In this document: piece by piece, positions 39,110 to 47,829 of the stretch
How the letters are laid out: the number at the start of each line of letters is the position of its first letter
Position numbering within the stretch: position 1 is the stretch's first letter
Origin: an uncultured Bacteroidales bacterium
Lineage (GTDB): Bacteria; Bacteroidota; Bacteroidia; Bacteroidales; JAADJA01
Direction: 5' to 3'
Assembly (NCBI GenBank): GCA_963761195.1
Contig: CAVXGA010000014.1
Coordinates: 69,058-133,057 of the forward strand
Length of the DNA: 64,000 nucleotides
The notes under the pieces: model-generated
Databases searched by the model: none
What the model was told of the DNA's origin: nothing
Seen by the model: the letters and a program-made list of their open reading frames with translations, nothing else
Position numbers and translations under genes: made by a program

Positions 39110-40438
39110 ATGTTAGTCCGATTCATAGATTTTATAAAGAGAGAAAACATTTTTGCTCCAGCGGATAAAATATTGCTTGGCGTTAGTGGCGGAATCGACT
39201 CCATGGTAATGGCCGCACTAAGCGATTTGGCAGGATTTAACTATTCCATTGCGCATTGTAACTTTGGATTAAGAGGAAATGAATCAGATATGGATGAACT
39301 GTTTGTCAAAAATTATACGTTGGAGAAAAACAGGGCATTTCATTGCAAAAAATTCGAAACAAAAAAATATGCCCGTGAGAAAGGAATTTCCATTCAAATG
39401 GCAGCCCGTCGGCTTCGGATTGACTTTTTTGAAGAATTGATTCTAAAATATGGCTATAAATATTATGCAACAGCCCATCATCAGGACGATCAGATTGAAA
39501 CTTTTTTTATCAATTTGTTGCACGGTACTGGAATTGCAGGATTGCACGGAATTTTACCAAAACAGGGAAATTTAATTCATCCGATGCTTTTTACAACACG
39601 AAAGGATATCAGGAAATTTGCAACTGAAAATCATCTCATCTTCAGAGAAGACAGTTCGAATCAAAAAAAAGATTACACCCGAAATAAAATCCGGCATGAT
39701 CTGCTACCTGTCATTGAAACCATTCATTCTGACTACAGGAATATTTTTACAACCACCATTTTCCGGTTGAAGCAAGCTGAGCAAATTTACAGGCAGCAGA
39801 TAAAATCAGTAGCAGATAAAATCGTAGAAAAGGAAAATAATCAAACCCGAATACATATCAATTCTTTAGCAGGGTTAAATCCGATTGAGACCTATTTATT
39901 TGAATTTATTGAACCTTTTGGATTTAAGTTTTCTGCTGTTCCTGACATTATTCATTCGATCAAATCTGATCCGGGGAAAAAATTTTATTCGCCCACGCAC
40001 CGGTTAATCAGGGACCGCGAATATTTTATTATTAATCCAATTGAAAATCTACCAGAAATACCAGAAACATATTTTATTGGTCTCTCAGATGATCTGATAG
40101 ATGAACCTTTTAATATCAGTATAAGTCGCTTTGAAAAGTCCGGTCAGTTTTCCCCTTCGGATGATCCTGATATAGCCACTCTTGATAATGAAAAGCTTAC
40201 ATATCCCCTTTCCATAAGAAGATGGGAAAAAGGAGATTATTTTTTCCCACTAGGAATGCAGCAGAAAAAACTGCTAAGTGATTATTTTATCGATAATAAA
40301 TTTTCACTTGTCGAAAAAGAGAAGACCTGGTTACTGATTTCCAGCCAGCAGATTGTTTGGATTATCGGTCACAGGATCGATGACCGCTTTAAAATCACGT
40401 CAAAAACAAAAATGATTCTTCAGCTAAAATCTTGTTGA
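39110..40438 (+). CDS. tilS: tRNA(Ile)-lysidine synthetase
   Basis: 442 aa with the PP-loop LLGVSGGIDSMVM. Confidence 0.85.
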   Translation: MLVRFIDFIKRENIFAPADKILLGVSGGIDSMVMAALSDLAGFNYSIAHCNFGLRGNESDMDELFVKNYTLEKNRAFHCKKFETKKYAREKGISIQMAARRLRIDFFEELILKYGYKYYATAHHQDDQIETFFINLLHGTGIAGLHGILPKQGNLIHPMLFTTRKDIRKFATENHLIFREDSSNQKKDYTRNKIRHDLLPVIETIHSDYRNIFTTTIFRLKQAEQIYRQQIKSVADKIVEKENNQTRIHINSLAGLNPIETYLFEFIEPFGFKFSAVPDIIHSIKSDPGKKFYSPTHRLIRDREYFIINPIENLPEIPETYFIGLSDDLIDEPFNISISRFEKSGQFSPSDDPDIATLDNEKLTYPLSIRRWEKGDYFFPLGMQQKKLLSDYFIDNKFSLVEKEKTWLLISSQQIVWIIGHRIDDRFKITSKTKMILQLKSC

Positions 40439-40584
40439 AAAACAGATTTGCGGAAATTATTAAATGTTAAAAACCGTTAAGAGAATAATCCTTCAGGCCG
40501 GTGTGATGTTTTTAAAGCGAGGTTGGAGGAAGTCGGTTTTCAGCAAGAAAATTTTTTGATTGCTGCAAAATTTGATGAAATCAT

Positions 40585-40592
40585 TACTTTTG
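40585..40592 (+). promoter_or_regulatory. candidate -7 box (TACTTTTG)
   Basis: 29 nt upstream of the ORF start at 40622. Confidence 0.35.
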
Positions 40593-40621
40593 CCCGCAAT
40601 ACAACCATTTAAAAATGGGAT

Positions 40622-42820
40622 ATGTCTTTTGACACAAGGAGTTTACATATGAGGTTTAATTCAATGATAAAATACATTTTCAACGTCAGTATTTTCTTCC
40701 TTTTTATTTCCGTTTCACATGCACAGGTTCTGGAACCTGTGAAATGGAGCTATAGTAAAAATGATTTGGGAAACAACGAATACGAGTTGGTTTTCAAAGC
40801 TACTATCGAAAACAAATGGCATTTATATTCTCAGTTTGTGCCAGAAGATGGTCCGGTAAAGACTTCCTTCTATTTTTATGATATTGCTGGAATTAAATTC
40901 CTGGGTGATGATGTCAAGATTGAAAAAGAAGAATCTTATGAACAAAAAAACGACACCGACTATATAGTTACCTTTAAAGAGACCGCCGGTATTGAGGAAA
41001 AAGATCCGATGTTCAACAATTCCGTGATTAAATATTTTGAAAAAAATGCTGAATTCAAACGAAAGATCAAACTTGAAACTAATAAACCACTTAAAATTTC
41101 CGGGTATGTCTATTTTATGTGTTGTGACGATACAAAATGTCTGCCACCGAATGACGAAAATAAATTCGAATTTACGTTTAACGGAGCGTCAGAATCGGTC
41201 ACAGCCCAAAAAGAAACCGATACGGTTGAATTGCCTAAAGTAGAAACTACACAAATAAACATAGGTGGAAATGCAAACAAGGAAAATTCGGGATATCAGC
41301 AAACTTACCAAATATTAAAAGACAGGTCTATTCTGGATAATGGAAGCATCGATGATTTCGCTAATAAATCGCTATGGGAGCTTTTTATATTCTCCATTTT
41401 AGCAGGACTGGCTGCAATTTTAACCCCGTGCGTATTTCCCATGATCCCAATGACCGTTAGTTTTTTTATGAAAGATCACGGGGCCAAAGGGAAAGTCCAG
41501 GCTATTGTCTTTGGAATTTCGATAATACTTATTTACACGGTAATTGGAACACTTATCGCAGTTACATTGGGAGTAAATTTTGCTAACTGGCTAAGTACGC
41601 ACTGGATTCCAAATGTCTTGTTTTTCCTGGTATTTGTGATTTTTGCGGCTTCTTTTTTCGGAATGTTTGAAATTACACTTCCAAGCTGGCTGATAAACAA
41701 ATCGGATGCTAAAGCAGATAAGGGAGGTTTTACGGGTCCGTTTTTTATGGCATTTACTCTTGTGCTGGTATCTTTTTCCTGCACAGGTCCTTTGGTGGGT
41801 GCAATATTGGTAAAAGCTGCAACGGGTGCCTGGCTCGAACCTATCGTCGGTATGCTTGGATTTTCGGTAGCTTTCGCGTTACCCTTTACAATGTTCGCCT
41901 TTTTCCCATCCTGGATGAATAAATTACCAAAATCCGGCGGCTGGCTGAATTCAGTAAAAGTCGTTCTGGGATTTGTTGAACTGGCACTGGGGTTAAAATT
42001 CCTGAGTATCGCCGATCAGACGTATCATTGGGGCATTCTCGACAGAGAGGTTTATATTGCATTCTGGATTATCATTTTTGTGTTGATGGGTTTTTATTTG
42101 CTGGGTAAAATTAAATTCGCCCATGACAGTGAAGTAAAATATGTAAGTGTTCCCCGTTTGGTATTCGTTATCATTACGTTTACTTTTGTGGTTTACCTGA
42201 TCCCCGGTATGTTCGGGGCACCTTTGAAAGCCCTTTCCGGTTATCTTCCACCAATGACTACCCACGATTTTGATCTGGACAGGATAACACGTGAAAATTC
42301 ACTGGCAGCTTCTGGAATTGAACATAGTTCAAACATTTGTGAAACACCAAAGTACCATGAGTTTTTACATTTACCTCATGGTATCGAAGGTTATTTCGAT
42401 TACCAGCAAGGGTTGGCTTGTGCAAAAAAACTGAACAAACCCATTTATGTGGATTTTACAGGACACGGTTGCGTCAATTGCCGTGAGATGGAAGCCAATG
42501 TATGGTCCGATCCAAGGGTTTTAAAAAGATTAAAGGAAGATTATGTTGTGATCAGTCTTTATGTAGATGATAAAACGACCTTGCCTGAATCGGAATGGGT
42601 AATGTCTACAGTAGATGGAAAGCTGAAAAAATCAATAGGAAAGGTTTATGCGGATCTCCAGATCTATAATTTTAATATAAATGCCCAACCCTATTATGTG
42701 TTACTCGATCATGAAGGAGACCTTCTTGCAAAACCACGGGCTTATAACCTGGATATAGATGCATTTATAAAATTTCTCGATACGGGCATTCAAAACTTTA
42801 AATCCGGAAATCACATTTAA
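40622..42820 (+). CDS. dsbD: DsbD-family protein-disulfide reductase (DsbD-N-like domain, CcdA-type TM core, C-terminal thioredoxin domain)
   Basis: CCDDTKCLPP in the N-terminal domain. TPCVFPMIP and FSCTGP in the TM core. GHGCVNC in the C-terminal Trx domain. An alternative start at 40664 (MIKYIF...) gives a cleaner signal peptide. Confidence 0.8.
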   Translation: MSFDTRSLHMRFNSMIKYIFNVSIFFLFISVSHAQVLEPVKWSYSKNDLGNNEYELVFKATIENKWHLYSQFVPEDGPVKTSFYFYDIAGIKFLGDDVKIEKEESYEQKNDTDYIVTFKETAGIEEKDPMFNNSVIKYFEKNAEFKRKIKLETNKPLKISGYVYFMCCDDTKCLPPNDENKFEFTFNGASESVTAQKETDTVELPKVETTQINIGGNANKENSGYQQTYQILKDRSILDNGSIDDFANKSLWELFIFSILAGLAAILTPCVFPMIPMTVSFFMKDHGAKGKVQAIVFGISIILIYTVIGTLIAVTLGVNFANWLSTHWIPNVLFFLVFVIFAASFFGMFEITLPSWLINKSDAKADKGGFTGPFFMAFTLVLVSFSCTGPLVGAILVKAATGAWLEPIVGMLGFSVAFALPFTMFAFFPSWMNKLPKSGGWLNSVKVVLGFVELALGLKFLSIADQTYHWGILDREVYIAFWIIIFVLMGFYLLGKIKFAHDSEVKYVSVPRLVFVIITFTFVVYLIPGMFGAPLKALSGYLPPMTTHDFDLDRITRENSLAASGIEHSSNICETPKYHEFLHLPHGIEGYFDYQQGLACAKKLNKPIYVDFTGHGCVNCREMEANVWSDPRVLKRLKEDYVVISLYVDDKTTLPESEWVMSTVDGKLKKSIGKVYADLQIYNFNINAQPYYVLLDHEGDLLAKPRAYNLDIDAFIKFLDTGIQNFKSGNHI

Positions 42821-42866
42821 TATCTCAAACTTAACAAAGCTTAACTACTTATATAAGGTAATTTTA

Positions 42867-42874
42867 TACTTTTG
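42867..42874 (+). promoter_or_regulatory. candidate -7 box (TACTTTTG) for the GAPDH-like/gap pair
   Basis: 136 nt upstream of the ATG at 43011. Confidence 0.3.
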
Positions 42875-43010
42875 AGGTCTATTTTAAGTTCTATAAACAA
42901 AATCATTTCAAATTAGGTTTAATTGACAGATACAAGTTGCAACAGCTTGAAGAATTATAATACATGAGATTATAGCTTGAAAAATAAGGAATTAACTAAC
43001 GAAATTTATT

Positions 43011-44024
43011 ATGAAAAGAATTAGAGTGGGATTAAAGGGGTTCGGTGAAATTCCAAGGCACATTTACAGAATGTGTATGGATGATGAACGAATTGATGTG
43101 GTGGTAATTTCAGATCTGGGACGGCCTGAAATCTTAACCTATTTGGTGAGTGCGGAAACCAAGGGACGGGTAAAAGCCAAACTGGAAGGAAATTTTATTG
43201 TCTCTGATAATGGGAGAGCGCGATTTATAGGTGGAGGTGATCCGGGAAAAATTCCGTGGGACATGTTTGATGTGGATGTTGTTGTTGATGGAACATGGAA
43301 ATACAGAACAAGAAGTGAAATGCAAAAGCACCTTGATGCAGGGGCCAAAAGAATATTGCTGACTTCGCTCCCTGCAGACATGATTGACCGGGTAGTTGTT
43401 CAGGGAGTAAATGAACACACAATTCAATCTTCTGATAAACTAATTTCCGCTGGTTCAGCAACAACAAATGCAGCATCGTTAATGCTGAAAATATTGAGCG
43501 ATAATTTTGGTATTGATTACGCGATGTTCACTACTGTTCATTCCTATACTTCTGATCAACCATTGCGTGATAAAGCCGGAACAGATTATAGAAGAAGCCG
43601 TTCTGCTGCAGAAAACATTATTCCGTTTGAAACGATCGTTTCGACCTGGATAGAAAATATCATGCCTGAACTGAAAGGAAAAGTTGAAGGTTCCGCTATT
43701 AATGTTCCAATCCCCAATGGATCACTGCTTGACCTGAACACCGGTATGAAAACAAGAGTCAAAATCGAAGATATCAATATTGCCATGGAAAAAGCAGCAA
43801 AAGAGCTGCCGCATATCATTCAGGTTGTTAACGATCCGATTGTATCAACAGATGTGATCGATAATACACATTCACTTATTTTTGACAAGAAAGCAACCCA
43901 GCTGTCACCCGGACGGATGGTTAAAACTCTTATATGGTATCATACTGCCATATCGATGGCAGCAAGAATAAAAGAATTGATTTTAGCTTACGATGAAATG
44001 GATAAAAAAGGAGGCGTAAAATGA
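43011..44024 (+). CDS. GAPDH-fold paralogue lacking the catalytic cysteine (probable pseudoenzyme)
   Basis: 337 aa and colinear with the downstream gap. It has GFGEIPR for GFGRIGR, SAGSATTNAAS for SNASCTTNCLA, FETIVSTW for TTGAAKAV and AINVP for ACRVP. It keeps TVHS, DYRRSRSAAENIIP and PELKGK. Confidence 0.75.
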   Translation: MKRIRVGLKGFGEIPRHIYRMCMDDERIDVVVISDLGRPEILTYLVSAETKGRVKAKLEGNFIVSDNGRARFIGGGDPGKIPWDMFDVDVVVDGTWKYRTRSEMQKHLDAGAKRILLTSLPADMIDRVVVQGVNEHTIQSSDKLISAGSATTNAASLMLKILSDNFGIDYAMFTTVHSYTSDQPLRDKAGTDYRRSRSAAENIIPFETIVSTWIENIMPELKGKVEGSAINVPIPNGSLLDLNTGMKTRVKIEDINIAMEKAAKELPHIIQVVNDPIVSTDVIDNTHSLIFDKKATQLSPGRMVKTLIWYHTAISMAARIKELILAYDEMDKKGGVK

Positions 44025-45022
44025 GAGTCGCAATAAATGGTTTTGGAAGAATTGGCCGGTCAGTATTCCGGATATTGAATAACCGCAAGGACATTGATGT
44101 TGTTGCTATTAACGATTTGTTTGATAATGAAGTGCTTGCTTACCTTCTCAAGTACGATACCATTATGAAGGGATTTGGTCAGGATATCAAGATAAAAGGT
44201 GATGAGCTGATAACCCCAAATGAAGATGTAAAAATGCTGGCAATCAAAGATCCTAAGACTTTACCCTGGAAAGAACTTGGAATCGACGTAGTTATTGAAG
44301 CAACCGGAATATTTCGGACAAGAGAATCGCTTCAGCCACATATCGATGCCGGAGCTAAACGGGTAATTTTGACGGTTCCATCGAAAGATGAGATAGACTA
44401 TACAGTTGTAATCGGAGTAAATGAAGAAGGACTAAAGCCTGAACACAGAATTATTTCGAATGCCAGTTGTACAACCAATTGTCTCGCTCCAATGGCAAAA
44501 ATCCTGAATGATAATTTCGGTATAATAGAAGGTTTGATGACGACAACCCATGCTTATACCAATGACCAGCGGCTTGCTGATGTACCTCACAAAGACTGGC
44601 GTAGAGGTAGGGCTGCTGCTGAAAATATAATTCCCACAACAACGGGAGCTGCCAAGGCAGTTGGTATGGTTATTCCGGAATTAAAGGGCAAACTGGATGG
44701 GATTGCCTGCCGGGTTCCTGTTCCTGATGGATCCATCGTTGATCTGGTTGTGGAAGTTGAAAAAAATGTGTCTGTTAACGACGTGAATGAAGCAGTTCAT
44801 AAGGCGGCTAATTCTGAAAAATTGAAAAGAGTATTGCTGTATTCGGAGGAAAAGCTTGTTTCATCAGATATTGTCGGAAATTCTTATTCGTCAATCTATG
44901 ATTCGGAATTTACCAAAGTTTTGGGAAATCGGATTATCAAAACCTTGAACTGGTATGATAATGAATGGGGTTATTCAAACAGGGTGGTCGATTTGGTTGG
45001 AATATTAATGAAATTCAATTAA
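44021..45022 (+). CDS. gap: type I glyceraldehyde-3-phosphate dehydrogenase
   Basis: 333 aa. INGFGRIGR, SNASCTTNCLAP, TGAAKAV, WYDNEWGYS. AAAGGAGG lies 6 nt upstream of the ATG. The start overlaps the upstream stop (ATGA). Confidence 0.92.
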   Translation: MRVAINGFGRIGRSVFRILNNRKDIDVVAINDLFDNEVLAYLLKYDTIMKGFGQDIKIKGDELITPNEDVKMLAIKDPKTLPWKELGIDVVIEATGIFRTRESLQPHIDAGAKRVILTVPSKDEIDYTVVIGVNEEGLKPEHRIISNASCTTNCLAPMAKILNDNFGIIEGLMTTTHAYTNDQRLADVPHKDWRRGRAAAENIIPTTTGAAKAVGMVIPELKGKLDGIACRVPVPDGSIVDLVVEVEKNVSVNDVNEAVHKAANSEKLKRVLLYSEEKLVSSDIVGNSYSSIYDSEFTKVLGNRIIKTLNWYDNEWGYSNRVVDLVGILMKFN

Positions 45023-45041
45023 TAAAATTGGAAATATATCG

Positions 45042-45068
45042 AAAAGGAGGGAAATCCCTCCTTTTTTT
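45042..45068. terminator. bidirectional rho-independent terminator between convergent gap and the T9SS adhesin gene
   Basis: aaaaggaggg / ccctcctttt stem with a 4-nt loop, flanked by A-run and T-run. Confidence 0.6.
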
Positions 45069-47647
45069 ATCTTAACAAGGTCACCGAACCCCTGACTTTT
45101 CTTTCCGCCGGTCCCCGTAACGTGTATTCCGAAACCGTGCCTTCATAAAAATATACCCCGGGACTGCAATCCCTGTTGTTGTTCTGATCTTTCCCATCCC
45201 ATTTGAAAAATGGGTCGTTTGTTTCATAAACCACCCCACCCCACCGGTTAAATATCTTCAGAGTCAGTGAATGAATGGAATTTATGGAATCGGCCTGAAA
45301 AAACTGGTTATATTGATCTCCGTTAGGAGTAAAAACGATAGGGAACCAGATTCTTCCACACTCGTTAATATCTACACAAATACCATTGCTTGGAAGACTT
45401 TCATTGTGCATAGTGTCTAAAGCTGTAACATAAAAGCATCCGACAATTGAAGGAGGACTGATCGAGTAGGTGTACTCAAAAACATGGGGTTCAGTCGTAA
45501 CCAATAATGTATAATCCGAATTTTCAGATGGCGCCCAATAGATATTAAAATAAACCGAATCTTCCAAACAATTATCCGCATAAGGCCAGGATAAATCATC
45601 TTCAAGTTTAAGACAATTAGTCTCAAGCGTTAGAACCGGTGGACAGGGAGGAATATTATCAATCGGTTTCCCGCAATTTTCCTGCGAAAAATTAATAATA
45701 GGATTCACTATTCCCTGTGCCGTGTAACCACCAACTGGATTTAATTTTATAGCAATAGTTTTTCCCATTTATTAGTCCGGTATCTGTATAAGCTGGGACA
45801 TTGGTCAACGCAAGTGAATCAAAACTGCCTGCGTTTTGACGATAAATGACGAATTCATCATTTAGCCAGGGAACATCGTTATTCCAATTCAGGATCAATG
45901 ATTTATCTGTTCCGGTTATTGAAAGATAAATAGATGATGCTTCCGTTGTTGACCCTATTTTAAAGACATTTCCACCGGCTTCATCGTTATTGTAAAAATC
46001 AATCCTGTAATTAAATTTAAGATCTTGTGTATTCATCAAAGAATCAGTAAATAAAGTATCCTCAAGGGAATTGAATGTTGCAATCTGCACAAATGCCGAT
46101 CCAGGAGAGTTGTCTCTTCGAAATACCCTGTATTGGAACGGGCCGGGCGTTTGGTTAAAATCAAGTTCGGTTGGTTTCGACCAGGCCACATATATAGCGC
46201 CATTCGTAGTGCTTGTATTGTTAACGCTTACATTTGTAATAATTGGTACGTCTTTTTTTAGTGATGCACACGATTCAAGAGAAGCGTAGCTTTCGGCACC
46301 ATCAGGGAAAAAAGCCGTTACGATATAACAATAAACAATTCCATGTATCAAACCCGCTCCGTTATCATCATCCGTAAACGTCGTATCATTAATGTCGCTG
46401 ATTTCAGAAATTTTTGTATACCCTGTATATGCCGGAACACCTGTTTCGCAATATCCGTGAATATAACCATAATAAGATTTTTTCCGATAAATCCAATATC
46501 CCTTTGCCATTTCACATATACTCTTATCCCACGAAAGGATTATTGAATTCCCCAGCGGATAGGCCTGGACGTTTTCAGGAGCCGGAGCAACAACGCGAAT
46601 ATTTAGTGTTTTATAACTGGTAAGGTTTACCGTATCATGATCATCAATTGCCTTAAAATAAACAGGATGCGGATTTTTTTTAACGTGTGAACATGTGGTT
46701 GACCAACTGAACTCAGCTGTAACATTTCCTTGTCCTACAGCAGGATTAGGAATCATTTGCGCAGGTGATTCACTCTGGAGAAAAGGGCTTCCTGTTGCGG
46801 TAAGCGTAATATTATCATTATCAGGATCCGTAGCTGTTACTTGAAAATTTATTGAGGACCCTGCTTCCACACAGGTATCAGGAGGAGTGACAATTTCAGG
46901 TGGATTGTTTGAACAGGCAATGACCTGAATCTGTAAGTCGCGTGTAACATAGCTGATTCTCTGGCCATATCGCCATTCCTCAACGATAAAAGCTACGTTG
47001 TATTCTCCCTGATAAATGGGACTATCCCAAATCAAATCACCTGTAATTTCATCGATGCTGAATGTATTACTTGTCGCCGGATATTCATATCCTAATATGG
47101 GTAACCCGCCTGCACCCCTGCAAATGGTGAGCTTGTATGATAAACTATCACCATCCGGATCATAAGCCGCAGGATTATGAACAAAAAGCCTGTTAACACA
47201 TCCGTAATCCAGCGGCGGATTAAGTAATACAACTGAGTTATTTGGTCCCAGAAAAGGATTGATCACCAGTTCGGTTTCTATATAAAATGGAATATTAACC
47301 GAATTTGGGATATTTACGATCCCATAATTTCGATTAGGATCTTCAAGTGAAATAATAAACGTACCATTTCCGGCATAGGTATGCTGGCCCTTATAAACAT
47401 TTCTCTGTATAATATTCGTTATGGGTATTAAATCAATCCTCGGAAGAATTGAAGAAGTTTCATCTCCCCATTGTAATTCAAGGTTAGGCCGGTCGGCAAG
47501 ACTTGGAGAATAGGTATAGGTAATAATTGTTGCTTCGTAGGTAAGGCCTTCGATGTGGCGATAGATAATCTCACCAGCCCTTTCGTGCGTGGCATAAACA
47601 GAAATACTAATGAGGATGAACAAAAGAGAGTATACAAATCGTTTCAT
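45067..47647 (-). pseudogene. large cell-surface protein with a type B T9SS (gliding-motility-associated) C-terminal domain; frameshift near 45731-45742
   Basis: Signal peptide MKRFVYSLLFILISISVYA. The C-terminus FTPNGDQYNQFF...IFNRWGGVVYE...KWDGK...GVYFY is CHU_C/type B CTD. The 651-aa and 233-aa ORFs join as ...NYCYKIKS / VGGYTAQGIVNP.... Confidence 0.7.
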
Positions 47648-47796
47648 AAATATAGCACTAAACTTAAGCCGGATAAGCCTTTCAAAAGTACAAATATTTT
47701 TTTGTAAAATACTAACGAAACATAGATTCGATTATTGGTTTATCGTTTATGTATTTTAAAACATAGGTTATAATTGAATCGTTTTAGTATTTGATG

Positions 47797-47804
47797 TAAT
47801 TTTG
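47797..47804 (+). promoter_or_regulatory. candidate -7 box (TAATTTTG) for relA/spoT
   Basis: 25 nt upstream of the ATG at 47830. AAAGGAGG at 47813-47820 lies between them. Confidence 0.4.
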
Positions 47805-47829
47805 TTCAGCTTAAAGGAGGCTGCAAATA

